Both the position numbers and the translations under genes were made by a program. A stretch of 64,000 bases of DNA. It comes from Leptogorgia sarmentosa. Lineage: Eukaryota. Under the pieces are notes generated by a model, which saw only the letters and a program-made list of their open reading frames with translations, searched no databases and was not told the origin of the DNA. Of this stretch, positions 1-13,900 are shown in pieces. The DNA lies in the NCBI GenBank assembly GCA_964658305.1, contig OZ210885.1:15438001-15502000 (forward strand). The letters are read 5' to 3'. Each line of letters opens with the position of its first letter. The first letter of the stretch is position 1.

Positions 1-756
1 AATAGCGGTTGGGGTCCAGACAAAAGTGTGTGGATATGTTTATATTATGCTCCAAAAAATCTGTTTGATGCACCGATTAATGTTAAGACTCAGTACAGAA
101 TTGTTCTTTGTATTAAGAAAATAACCCGCAAACTAATGCGCGCCCTTGATTCTCCCGATGATCCAGGCAAAACCTCTTGCATAAATTAGCATAAATTACT
201 CGTTTAGCTCACCAAAACATATATTTAGTATTTTGCACGAATTCCGAAGTCCTTACCACTTGTAATACTTCCTCGTCTCAAACCAGTCAAATTTCTTCAA
301 ATAAACTGTCCAACGACACAAATATCCTTCGTATAAGTTATTCAACAAACCTCGCTCCTTCGATACTGTCAAGACGTCGATAAAATCCGATCAAAAACGC
401 TCCAAAGTCCTGGCAGGATCGCCAAATGTTATCCAGACCCGACTAAAAACTCTTTTTATACATTTAATAGAAACGTAAAATAACTTTAAAACATAAAATA
501 ACCCAAAAAGCAATGCTAGAATGGTTTAACTTACGATAGCCGAACGTTCGGTAAGAGACCTCGTGTTCTTTTCCCTTAACCCTGTTGCCTAGCAACCTAT
601 CTTCCCCCACAGCTGCCCCAGAACATATTATTTACAATAAAACCCAAATATGAACGTTCTCTTCATAACAAGGGCACATTGTTATACGTTTTGTATATGG
701 TAAAATAGTACGCAGGCTGCCTGCAGATTTATAAATTTTTATGAACATTTTAGCAG

Positions 757-3700
757 GGTGGGAAAATGTATGTGTCAATGGATGCAGTATTTGGCTGTGT
801 TAGAAAGATCAGTGCAGGGACAAGTGTTAGACCCCCAAACTATGGTGAGACGCTCTTTATTGATCAATCAAAAGTAGATTCCTTCATGAAGAGCTACAGT
901 GGAAAATCATTAAAATCACAGGTGCATACCATAAGTATGAATACTTAATGAATGTTTACCAACTTAACTAGAACCGTTTATCCAGTGATTAGCTAGGCAG
1001 TTGTTCACCTGTCCTAAAAAATAAGTTTTTTTGGTTCATCGATATACGCCTAACCCTATAAATCAAGTATTTGATGATTCAAATACATCTTCTATGCTTG
1101 TTTTGTTGAAAATTCATTTTAAATTTGGATATTAATTTTTAACTGCTTAGTGAAACAATCTCAAGTTGTTTTTAATTATTGCGATTTTCTGTCTATGGTT
1201 TTTCAGGAGTCATGTAACAATTTTCAAGCTGGTTCTAACCTCAGATCTAAAGTAAAGACAAAAAAATTGGATGAAACTGCCATATTCGGAGCAGGATGCA
1301 GGCATGAAGTTCCATTAAGATTCTTTAGTCTTAAACGAGGAGAAGAGTAAGTGTTAGATTGATTAAATATGTATTCTGGTTACAGAAAGTAATAACAATA
1401 GTACTGTATAGTGTAGTGTAGCATAGCGCAGTAATTTAATTATATTATTTGCATCTTTTAGGATTGGCAATGCAGTTTATCTGCTGAAATGGTTGAAAGA
1501 AAACTACACAAACTTGGACATGTATCTATATTATGATATTGCTTGTACATTGGAATCTCACTTGAAGGGTTACTCTGTGAACATTTACATAGCAATCAAA
1601 TCAGGTTGTCACGTTGTCAAATTAACCAATCCATCCAACTTTTCTCTCGCGGCACTGCTCTAACTGCCGTATTGTTATCAATACAATATTGTGGTATTAA
1701 TAAGTGACTGCTTGTTAACTAGAAGATTTTGTGTGTTTTCAGAGGACAAACCAAGAACACTTGCTAGAAAATGTTAAAGTGGCTATTCCAACATTTCACT
1801 GCTATGGACACAAAGTATCATGTCAGGTAAAGGGTTACATTTTCACATGTTTACCGGGTATACATACCTGATTTCTTGTTTTAGTTCGACAAAGTTGTAT
1901 TTGTGTTTCTTTTTAAGGTTTCTCTAAGTACATATTACCAGATTTTAACACCTTTGCTTTTGAAGGTTTTATATAGTGGCAGGCGAATAGATGGCTTTGG
2001 TTTAAGCGACGGGGAGGTTATGGAACGTATGTGGTCTTACCTTAGACCTGCCAAAATAACCAAAGAAATGACCCCTTCTCATCGAGTTGACGCAATGACA
2101 GACTTTTTGTTGCATTATGGAAGAAAATCTGTAGGAAGGATTGGTAACGCAACGTTTGTGAATATTTAACTTACTGTACGTTTATTTTCCATAGTTTAAA
2201 CTTGTTTAGCTACATGCTCATAGTCAAAAATTTTAATTGGAGTATAATATTCATGCTTTGAATATTCATCGCTCACATTTATAAATTTTGCCGTAACGAC
2301 ATACAGGTACACTTCTGTCTCTTATGATGCATACGATTTGAACCTCACTTTTACTGTTCATTTTTTCAAAATACCAAACAGGAGAACGTCTGTGTGATCA
2401 TATGAAGAAGGCAGTGCACATGAAGGCTGATACAAATGATCAGTTGAATCTTCTCCTAGAAAATCTTACTGAAAACGGTGTGTGCTTGATATTTTTGTCT
2501 GACTATACTATAATTACGAGAATTCAGTGTTTGGATCAAGTCTTGTGTTAAGGCTATTAGCGAAAATCAAGCTTTGCCTTATTCTTAAAGTATATAATGT
2601 CCATGAAAAGTCGAGGATGATGAACTTTATATGAAGATGTAGATGAATCGTAAAGTCTTCAGTTGAAGGAGTTAAATACCGAACTGATTTTATAGTTATA
2701 GCAATGATAAGAAGTACTTGCATGCAGTCAAGGTCATTGTCTAAACAACAAAAATCGTGTAACTTGAAACTCCAGACAAATTTCATTTTTCTGACCGTTA
2801 TTGGTAATCAACCGTACATGTTTGTATTTACGTAATTATATAATATATATTTACGTGTATATTTTATTTATATAATTATATTTACGTGGGCTCAATCTGA
2901 AAAAGACCTCTTTAGCAAGAAACAAGCGAAGAAAAGTAAGGGAGTTCGCAAGGGAATTCGCTTAGTATTGAAAATTCGTGCGAACAAGATATTTCGTTTT
3001 TCAAACGTACTAGGGCCAGTTATTTAAAGCACAATCTACGCTAACCCTGCGTTAAAATTTACCGCGCTGTTTTAGTTGTATTTCTGCACATCCATTAATT
3101 TGAAACGTCAAAAAAGATAATTCATATTGATTCTGACTCTTGTCTGGAAATATCTCGAAAGCTCTAGCTGTTAGAAAGTTATGGCCTTGGGGTAAGATAA
3201 ACGACTTTTGATCAACCAGCCCCAGTGTTAGAACTTGGCATAATTTTCAAGCACAGTATTTATACTGTATATGTTCAAAACTGGTATTTTGAATTTAGAT
3301 GATTCGTCGGATGTTACTGAACGTTATGCAGGAAAACTTAAAGAGTATTATGATGCAAGGTTGTTTTGTTTACTATACTGCTGCATGTACTATGTATTAA
3401 ATGATTCTTGCGTTTTTGCGATCTACCAGGAACACGCAGGAAAAAGGTGGACGTTTCGAGCAAAGCCCCTTCTATTGTAAGGCAGTTAGTAACTTACATC
3501 CGGATTTTTTTCTCTGTATAGGAAGAAGCTCGAAGATACCGACTTGGCTAATGAGGAATTTTCAATATTAAGTTCAAAATTGAACAGGTAAAGTATTTGG
3601 GGTTTTTAATGTTGTGGACTAAAACAACCAAGAAATAATAAATATAGCCAATAGAATTTTGCCGTTGTCTGTTCCGTTATGGTGGAATAGACAACAGCAA

Positions 3701-4936
3701 AATGTTATCTGTTTGTTTATATAATTAAAAAGAAATTTTTGCGAAAATAAGCGCAACGAAAAGACTTTTGCACGCCATTTGACGTGATCATGATACAGCT
3801 CAGTGGTCTGTACAATACAAAGCACGCCATTCGCTGTTGATAATTCTGAAATGGCTGTGATTGGCCTGTCACTAAAATGGCGTCAGCCGTGCGCCTGTCT
3901 TCTAAAAGACAAATTAAGACGTATAATGAATGGTTATTATATAAACTCGTGACTGTACTTTCCATGTGTGTTTTCACTTTTCAGCATTAACGAACAGTTG
4001 AAAAAACTTGAAAATGGTCAACAGCGTTGGAGTCAAGATAACCCAACATTCAAGCTGTATATCAATAGAGCTGAAGATGTGCGCTGAAACGAGTTGTTGA
4101 GTGAAATGCGTGGGCATTGTCTAGAACGCTGGTTTTTACTGCAGCTTATGAGGAAATATGCAGGTATGTATATAAGAAGGAATCTAAGCAAACTGATCTG
4201 GATTCACTACAGGTAAATTCGGAGCGATCCTCTAAAATCAGTGGAACCGATTCCTGTAATTTTCCGCATGTGATTTATTACGTTAGAGTGGAAACGGTAA
4301 GAGCTTTTTATTTGTTTTATAGATGGGCAAGCTATAGCGAAAAAGATCTGTGGTCAGATAACTAAGACCACAAACACAATTAAGAAACTTGTAAAGGAAT
4401 ATGGTAAAAAAATTACAGAAAATCAACAATCAAGGTATCCTGCAAATATTACGTTTGAAGAAATCACTGATTTAAATTCGACAATTTGGAACTATCTTGA
4501 GGAAGAGCTTGATGCTGAATCTCCAGTCCCCTATTACATCCGCCGTAAGATCGTTGACTTTCACCATATTATTCATCGATGTACTGAAGAATTTCAACTT
4601 ATTAAAGAAGAAATGACCTGGGTTATTGACTATTATCGCCTAAAGGTATCCGCTCTGCTTAAGTGGTCGGAGGAGTTAAGGAAGGAAGACAGTAATCCAG
4701 AATCAAGAGGGTTATTAACTATGGTCTTGACAAAGAAAGAACTTCTCGACGTTGTCTCACAACATTTAAATGCACTGTTCGCTCCGTATATGGTTGAAGA
4801 TGTAATTTTACCAGAAGATCTAGAAGTTGGGGTATTTACAACCAGCATTGAAAATGAAGATGAGGAGGAATTACCTAGCCACGATGATCTTGATGGAGAA
4901 GACGATGTTTCAGACGAGGCAGAAGAAGACACTTGA
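757..4936 (+). pseudogene. Spliced KDZ (Kyakuja-Dileera-Zisupton) transposase, 5'-incomplete, with a nonsense codon
   Basis: GT-AG exons at about 757-921, 1207-1347, 1462-1568, 1743-1826, 1966-2143, 2382-2478, 3299-3359, 3522-3587, 3985-4163 and 4323-4936 encode YVSMDAVFG, LDETAIFGAGCRHE..GE, YYDIACTL, FHCYGHKVSC, GFGLSDGEVMERMWSYL and ERWFLLQLMRKYA|DGQAIA. These are KDZ motifs. In-frame TGA at 4085-4087. Confidence 0.85.
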
Positions 4937-5625
4937 TATATTTGTTTCATTGCTCAATGAACAATTTGGTAGCGATAATGAGGACTCAGATGTTGAACAT
5001 TCAGATGACGAAACAAATTAATTCAGAATTCACCTATAAGTTACAGCTATATGGCAGCAGATTGTGGTCAACTTCAGAAATGATGAAATATGTAGCTCCA
5101 AGAAAATGAAACTACATTTCTCAATTCTACTTAATATTTATTTATTTGATAATAAAATATAATTATCATTATTTTCCTACTTTGAATGCTGCGGGGTGAC
5201 CACAATTCGTTGCATGATAGTATTTAGTAAAACCTATAGAACGACATAATAGATGTATTTAGTAGAATAATTGCAATGCTGTAATTTGATAGGCCGTGTA
5301 GTGAGTAGCATAACAATTGTTTTCCCGGTGCATTTTTTCTAAGAAATGGTTTCTCGCTCACGTTTGTTGTTTTTGTGAAAAATTTTGTTTGATCTCTGAT
5401 TCTACTAACACAATCAGATTACTGGCTCTCAATTTCTATGAGGTTATAGTTTATCCAACCTTCGCCCTCATCAACTACCACCTCATAGAAGTCTCAGCTC
5501 GTAATAGTATAATATATTCAGAGACTCAACAGTTAAGACAAGACATTTTATTATACTAGTTAGTTTCGTGCCACACTCACCGTGTGGTACTCTTCACTGA
5601 CAGATAAAATTTTAGGTGTATATGC

Positions 5626-6020
5626 ATATGGCTGGACAGAATCATAAACGCGTTTCTGGGTAAGACACTTGCAATTTATTTTTTCCAATGAAATTTTGAG
5701 AATACATTTCTTTCGGTGAGATAAGTATGTTGTGAAAGTTTCGTCGTTTTCTGAACAATCTAACTGAGAATTTCGTGATTTTTACAAGAAGCCTTATATA
5801 TGGGTGTAGTATATGGCTGGACAGAATCATAAACGCGTTTCGGGGTAAGACACTTGCAATTTATTTTTTCCAATGAAATTTTGAGAATACATTTCTTTCG
5901 GTGAGATAAGTATGTTGTGAAAGTTTCGTCGTTTTCTGAACAATCTAACTTCTCATGTGAGAATTTTGTGATTTTTACAAGAAGCCTTATATGGGTGTAT
6001 ATGGTTGGACAGAATCATAC
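5626..6020. repeat. Tandem duplication, ~186-bp unit (2 copies plus the start of a third)
   Basis: ATATGG(C/T)TGGACAGAATCATA starts at ~5626, ~5811 and ~5999; the first two units are near-identical. Confidence 0.85.
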
Positions 6021-6461
6021 ACTTTAGTTTTCATATTCACATGGGGGGCAATATCACAGGAATATCATGCACCTAGCGGATGCGACCTCGAAGATTTTCT
6101 TTCAATTTTCTACACGTACTGGATAAATGAAACATATATACTGGCTAATTAGTTCATAATAAACAACGTCATGCATGTATCATCAAGCTAATTTAATATA
6201 CAATCCAAAAGACCCTAGACAAATGCAACACTTGGAATTAGCTACAAACTATTTTATTTATATTAGTTGATGTAGGACCCAGACCGGTTTACAGAACCAC
6301 AAAATGGAATAAACGAGAATCATTTCTTAAAGCAAATCTTACCAACCATTATGAATTTTTTTTTCTTCAACCACATGAATTATACGCATAATTCGTTCTT
6401 TTCAGCCAGTAAACTGCATAGCATGCATAATGATAAAGTACTTCAGAGTGAACCTACTGTA

Positions 6462-6639
6462 CAGGGTGTCCCAAAAAAAATGTCCCCTCTGTTGAAATCA
6501 GACGTTTTGGTTTGACTGTGCGTTGTGACACTTTTGGGAATTGAATTGACTTGTACATGATGTTATAATTATTCCGCCATTCATGTGCAATTAAGTCAAT
6601 TCAATTGCCAAAGAGGGGACATTTTTTTGGGACACCCTG
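6462..6639. mobile_element. Tc1/mariner-type MITE
   Basis: TIR CAGGGTGTCCCAAAAAAAATGTCCCCTCT / AGAGGGGACATTTTTTTGGGACACCCTG, flanked by TA on both sides. Confidence 0.9.
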
Positions 6640-6729
6640 TAGGGGGAGTTTCAAAAAAAACGCAACCACTTAATATTGTAAAATATTCATGTTTTTCTTA
6701 AGCACAAATAATTGTACAATCGAACTGCC

Positions 6730-7404
6730 AATAGTAATATCAGCTAAACTAATAATGGTTCAGCTCTCAACCGAACAATGAATCTATTGTGCTTGAAAAT
6801 AAAGTGAATAGTTTAGAATATGAAGTGTTTGCGTTTTTTTTAGACATCCTGTTTTAGCCAACATAATTGCATCGGATGGGTAATTTCGAAATTGTTTGTT
6901 GCTTTGCAAAACAGATGAAAACAACAGAAACCTTCCAAAACCTCTTGAGAACAATGGAAAATGGGTGTGGAGGGTATAAACAGCATAAAAACCGAATGGG
7001 AGGTCTTTATTTATAAACCTAATTAAGTAGACTGATTTCTTTGAAAAGGACTTGCCTTTTTTACGCATCATTAATTCGAAGTTGTCGAATTTTAAATACA
7101 AAGGTGATGATAGCTAATTTGAAAGTGTTCACTTTTTCAATACACCTTGTGGGCAACATTCTTATATGAGTCATTAACCGAATTAATTAATGAATTGAAT
7201 GTTTTCCATGTTGAAAAAACAAAATACTTTCAATAATAATTTCTAAAACCCATATATACAGTAGCTATAAATTAAGTAATCTAGAGTAATTATTATAGAT
7301 ATTATACAACATTGCTACAATACAACATTGCTACAATAGTCATATCAGCGAAACTAATAATGGTACAGCTCATGCCGGCACAACCGAACAATGAATCTAT
7401 TGTG
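6730..7404 (+). repeat. Two copies of a decayed Tc1/mariner transposase 5' end (MVQLSTEQ...)
   Basis: Direct repeat AAACTAATAATGGT.CAGCTC...AACCGAACAATGAATCTATTGTGC at ~6730-6792 and ~7335-7404. It follows a mariner-like end (GTTTCAAAAAAAACGCAACCAC, ~6648). Confidence 0.4.
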
Positions 7405-7780
7405 CATTAATTACTGGGTGTATGAACGTTTCTGGATGGTCAGAAAGAGCAAGATCGTATCTGTTATATGAGAGTTGTTCCCATGACACATTCCTGATTA
7501 ATTTCATTTCTCCTTTTCTATGTCCTGCTTTATTTATGTATTTATATATTATAATTCGCAAAGCTGTGGCATAGTGCGAATATAACAAAAAAAGAATAAT
7601 TATGCACAAAGGTGAATATATATGATTTTGACATATAATTCATTTTATCGTTCTAGCCATCGTACATTGGGTTTTATGTTTCTTTTATCGTTCTTTCCCT
7701 GATCTTTCTAACCAGAAGCAAAAATTACATACACCGGGTAATTAATGAAGGCGTAGAATATTGGATCAGTGCCGAAGACT

Positions 7781-7880
7781 TTTGGTCATGCAAATGCAAA
7801 TTATAGACCGTTATATAAGGAATCAATTTCTAAGGAAATGAATAACAATGATGACTTAAATTTGCATTTGCATGACCAAA
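7781..7880. repeat. Short inverted repeat / mini-MITE
   Basis: TTTGGTCATGCAAATGCAAA ... TTTGCATTTGCATGACCAAA (20-bp perfect arms). Confidence 0.7.
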
Positions 7881-7967
7881 CGTCGGGCTGGCTTCGCCAG
7901 TATTGGATACAATAAATTGCTGTTATTTTAGTCTGTGGCTGTTATACGGGTTGTGGCCAGGTACAAT

Positions 7968-10900
7968 TTACTTTATTTGCACAAGAGCTAGCCTGTTACT
8001 TGGCCACTCATAAAACCCGCCCACAGAAAGAGGTTCATCCATGTCAAATGCTGCAGTACAAACAGGAAGCAATCCAGGCGTAATAATCTTTTTCGTTTCT
8101 ATTACAACATTCCCAACACTCACTTTTCGACCGTGTACTTCTGTTCTTTCTGTAAGGACTGCCAGAGCTTGCACGTCATCACTATCTCTTGACATTACAC
8201 CAAACATCATATCTGAAAATGTAGAAGTCCAAAAACTTGTAACATGCAGATATAATAATATCATGACCATCAAGATTTTCTGAGAGCCTTACAATGATTA
8301 CACAATTATAAACTCATTAATAATTTCAGAGGAAATTAGCCTAACATGTTACTTTATTTTGGTCACACGATAATACTGGATACGTGGGGAACTATAATGA
8401 TCCAGTCCTACGACTGCATCAAAATTTTTTTCAATCTGAACTGAAAAAATAGATTATTCATTCGTTTTTGATGTAATTCCAAATCCTCCAATTTGGCTGG
8501 AATAGATTTCAAGCCCTCACAGTTTGATTCAGTCCTCAGCTTTGCCCATACAAAATTGATATGTTGGCAAATAACATTGCCTATATTTTTGGCACACGAA
8601 ACACTTTGCACTCAAATGGTATTCCATAGTTGAAATAATTGGTGTAAACGTTGCAAGAATCGCTCTACCTTTAGGAACTTTTACGGCTTTGGCCTTGTGA
8701 AGGTCATGTAGAGACGCCAGGGTTGCACGCGGGTTACACATTTTGGAGCGGTCGGAAGCAGTGGAATTGCAAGCAGCAGGATTAGAAACGGACGGGGACA
8801 AATGGGATGAAGTGACAGCAGAAACAGAAAAGCTCGCAGTGATAGTACTATCAATTGGATGGTTGGAAGAATCATGCACAGAAATAGGAGCGTTTTCTAT
8901 ACCAGAAGACTGAGACGAGCTGGAAGTACTGGAACAAGGAAAGGGAATGTTAGGAGTAACAAGAGAGCTGGAAGTACTAGGGCAAGGAATAGATGCAAGA
9001 GAGACAACAGAATTGGGAGAATCGGAATTAATGGAAGATGGTAAACTGGAAGCAAGAGGATCGATAGCGTGAAATTTCGAGGAGAGAGTATCAGATGTGA
9101 AAGACCAGCTATTTCTGCACTGCCACAACTCACGACACTGGGCTGAACCATACAAGGCAGGTTTTCTTGGTGTCTTCCCAATTTCGTCCTCTAAATTGTT
9201 TGGAAGCCCCTTAAAAACAATGCCATACTCATTCAGTTCCGAATATGGCATTTTTGCGTTTTTCTTTTTCACCAGTTCACCTGTAAAACAACCATAAATG
9301 TGTTTCTCAAAAATGTGTTTTTTTTATGACAAAAAGCATCCGCGTTGCCTGTGTCGGAGGAGAACTACTGTATAAAACATGCGACCTAAAATCCAGATGC
9401 CTGAACTTTGAAGTTATACTTACATATTCTTACTGCTCGTAATTACTTACTTACATACTCTTACTTTTTGCTTTCGCACAGAGTACCTCTCACTGAAGGA
9501 AGTTTAAGCCTGGGGCTCAATAATTTTCCGTCAAGAGTAGAATGTGGTGAAGCTGTGGGAGGAAATTTCTCGGCCGAGGGTAGGTACATGGGTGGGGCCA
9601 AAACATTTTAACGCTGAACATTTTCCCATTTCGTCAGCAAATGCCCCAAAATAATGACTCCGCTCTAATCAATCACGTGATGTATAAATATTAAGATATT
9701 TTGGTATAGTGAGGGAAAACTCCCAGTGAGATTACTCACCGTATTTCATGTTAAATAATCCCTGAATACATTTTACGGAGATGTCTTCCTTTCCACAATG
9801 AGGATGTTAAAAATGCAGAAGTCATTCAAGTTTTCCAGTTTTGAAGGATGAATCAATGTTCAACGATTAATCGATGTTAACCTTTCTATACAATGTAGCT
9901 TTAGAATTATAAAGTGAAAGCAAATTACAAGACTTACATTGTAACAGGTTGGCAAAATGATGAACCAAATCAGTTTTGCCTGTTAATAACTTGTTACCAA
10001 CATCTGTTGTACCATGGTACACATTGCCACCATACCCACATATTAATAAGCAGTGGCCTCCCATAGACTCCAGTTTTTGCACCTTTGCAAAAATATAAAA
10101 ATACTCGTCGATCAATGATATGATAGTATATTGTATGTGAAGTACCGTTCATATTGCAATCAATTTATCACTTAGAGACAACACTTAGAGATCAAGCCAG
10201 TACAGTAGCCAGAGTGTAATAGTTTATACAGCAATTCATATAAATGAAGCAATTTCATTGGTTCTTGTTCGTGTGCGGTGCGCCATTAGAGTATACATCA
10301 CGGATGACTTCATCCAACAACAAAAGATATTTTTTTAGATCATATTTTTTTATATGATAGAGTATAGTAATGATATAGTATATAATAATTATGTAGTGCA
10401 GAGTGTAGTGTGATAATAGTGTAGTGTGATAATAGTGTATTGTAGTGTAATGTATAGTGTACTGCATTGCAGTGTTGTCTACTGTGCTGGGTATAGTGCA
10501 GTCAGGCCCATTGGGAGCAGGGGGTTGGTGGGTTGGGGGCTGCTCAGAGCAACATCACTAAACCTGTTGACAATTAAATTTATTTTCACAAATGCACATG
10601 TTCAAGAGCTAGCTAATTAGCTTTTGAGCAAATGCATTTGACACAAAATTTGTCAAAGAAAATTTGGTTATGTAAAAGGGGCTTAACTGTTAACAACTTG
10701 TAACAAGCTTGCTGGCATTATTAGAATACCCGGTACTGAAACAACCTTGCAACAAGGCTGATAATATCAACAAGGTAATGTTACAAATTGCTGACAGCCT
10801 GTCCCATATTTGTTGACAACTTGGGACAAGCAGTTTGCAACTTGTTGATTGCTTGTTGGCTAATTTTTACAAACTGTGAGATTTTTGTGTATGTAGTTGT

Positions 10901-13900
10901 AGAGTGGAGTGGAGTGGAGTGGAGTGGAGTGGAGTGGAGTAGAGTAGAGTAGAGTAGTATGGCGTTCCATCGCCGCCAAAATTCAAAGTTGCTACTCAAC
11001 AACCAACATTGCTACTCAACAACCAACATTGCTACACAACATTTAATTTGGACCTTCAACATTCAACTCTCCCATACTCAACATCGGATTGCACTCAAAT
11101 CAACATTTAACTTCGAAAAATCGCAATAATTTTATATTTGTCATTTTTTATAATCTCGTAATTCACATGACACAATAATAAAGTTCACGAACATCAACTT
11201 TCAATTTCACAACTCAACTGTCTTTCCCGGAATCTTTTTTACATCTTTTATTCAAACAATGTTACGACTTGCAATATCAAATGTTGCGATTTGTAATGTT
11301 GAATGTTGACATCTGCAGAACGTACCAAGGCCGCCAAAAAGTATCGGGTGTCGTAATGACGTCATCTCTCAGACACGTGCACGACAACGTCCTGATAAAG
11401 TATGTAAATATAGTAGGATTTGTAAAGGTTGTATTATAAAATATAGGTGGTGGTGGAGTGGGGTAAATGTCCACAGGGGCGAAACTACAGCATTAATTTG
11501 TGGGGGGGGAGGGTGAATGTTCATATATTTTCTAACCAAACTTTCTGCCACTGTAAATATGTTGAACAATATGTTAATTTGCCTTAGAGACAACGAACGT
11601 TAGAGGAGGTCATTGTTGCCAGTGATGAAGAAGAATGTGAAGTGAAAGATGAAGATGTTGAAAGCTTGCTGGGATTGAATAATGCATCTGGGTAACACAT
11701 ACACACATACAGTACATATAGTGGTGTACCTAGCAGTTTGTACATGTATGTATGTATACTGTATAGTTTGCATATTCTCTTATCTTAACTTCCATACCAA
11801 AAGCAGCTAATTCACATAGAATTAGGCTTTTGAGATATTTTCTTAAGATTATATGCTATACTATACATACTGTAAAACTGATAGTAGTGGAAGAGCAAAC
11901 AGTATATTTATTTATGTATGGTACTGTATCATTTTATAGTCAAAGGTTATTTTTGGAAGAACTATGTCCAAGTGCAAATACTGAGGACATTAACGCAGCA
12001 CTTTCTGCATCCGGTGGCGATGCTAATGTTGCAGCACAAAGTTTGCTTGGTATGGACTGGCTAGTAATAAATGAATTCTTTCCATTTTCTTTATCTCTAT
12101 TTATATGAAAAAATCAGGTGTGTCATAATCTTCCTAACATTGTCTAGGTGTGGAAGATGATGATGGTGAAGAAATAATCAGGATTGACCCTTTCCATACA
12201 ACATGTATTGGTGACGAGGATGTCACATGTATTGATGCAACCAAAGCAGTACTAAAGTTTAGAGAAGAAGTGATCAACCAAAATGCACCTCGTCAATTAT
12301 TCTCTGTGTCTCGTATGGAAGGCATTGAGGAACTCAAACGTGATATATTTGTATGTTACAAAGGCAGAAGAAACAACCTAATGGCACGCCCTAGAGTTTT
12401 ATTTGAGGGTGAAGAAGGGGCCGGAAGTGGTCCAGTTTGGGAATTTCTGTCATGCGCTATCAGGATTGTAGATGAGGGAATGAAAATTTCGTCCAAACCT
12501 ACAAACAGTCATCGTTTGCCTATCCATGATCAAGTGCTGCGAATAACCGGTTCTTTTAAGGCGATTGGCAGAATACTGGGTCATTCTGTATTGCACAACG
12601 GTCCTTCTCTACATGGAATTTCGCCAGCAATTGTGCACTACTTGAGTAACCCTTCCAAAGACAAAGATATTGTCGAAAGACCACCACCTTTGTCAATCAA
12701 TGACATTCCTGATACTGACCTTCGAGAGTGTATTTCACAGGTATGCAGGGCCTGGGGCAAAATTGTATTCAGAGGCCCCTGTGCTCATACCCCCTCCCCT
12801 CCCCTTCCTCCACAATTTTTTTGTGACCATGTAGTAATGTCCCTGTTGCCCCCCTCAACATATGTATGACTGCAAATACTGTATTTCCTCTCGCACATTG
12901 CCAACATTTAGCCTTCCTGCCCCCCCCCCCACTCCCTCTTCTTATACACACCCACTTGAAAAAGTTAGCCCTATTCCGGTTTTAAAGCAAGATTTTTCCT
13001 AGATACCAATCTAGGAAAGATATATATAGATATACCTTGATACCTGCTTGTATTAATATTTCACCAATTTAATAAGCGCTGTTTTCAATTTATTCAGCTT
13101 GATGATCTTGAAGGTGATGAAAAGATTCCAGAAATGTTGAAATGTCGTTTGGACCCGTACTTGTTTGAGGCTGGGTTGGATCCAGGAAATTCGGATCACA
13201 AATTTTTGATTCAAGGCCTCATGGTTTATAATATCATTAACAAAAGGCGGTTGGAGATTGAAGACATCTGCAAAGGTGTGATGGGCAGCATGATTGATAC
13301 TGATGTATTTCATCAATGTACGAATAACCATACCCTTACCCAGCAAACACCATCCACATGCCCAACACCCAGCAATTTTGAAGGAGAATTTGACACAAAA
13401 TGACAAAGCATTTGGTGTCAACTTGTTAGCTATTTATCGTATAGAAAAACACAATAAGCAAAGATCATCTCTCTTTGGTATTATTAATACTCTATCTATT
13501 TACAGGTATGGAAGAGATGAAGCTGGTGACATACCTCTCAAAATGGCCAGTTCTTGCGAACGTAGTATTTCCAAGGGATAATGAACGCATACTGGACAGG
13601 AATGAGTTTAAAGATAAGATTGATTTTGAGGAAAGGGATGAAAACGAACATGCCACACAGTTCTTATTTCAGTATATTGACATGATCGAACAGAGACAGC
13701 AAGGTAATTAGTATTATTTTTTGTTGCTATTAGTTTGTATGTTATTTCATGTACTAGACAGCACTTGTTACATTTATACTTAGTATATTCTGATAGAAAA
13801 CTAGCATTTAAAGCAATTAGGTTTTACTTCCTTAGTGATATTGTCATATAGAGGATAAATCTCTCTTGACTGCTGATGCATAAATTTGTCATAACACTTT

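Noticed and set aside
1..710. Possible LTR/DIRS-like or other insertion upstream of the first KDZ exon
   Set aside because: No second copy, terminus pair or coding motif is visible in the window.
6784..7609. Two minus-strand ORFs both ending AQ* with shared flanks, like a gene-cassette array
   Set aside because: The shared ends are explained by a duplicated, decayed mariner 5' region on the plus strand. There are only two units and no recombinase.
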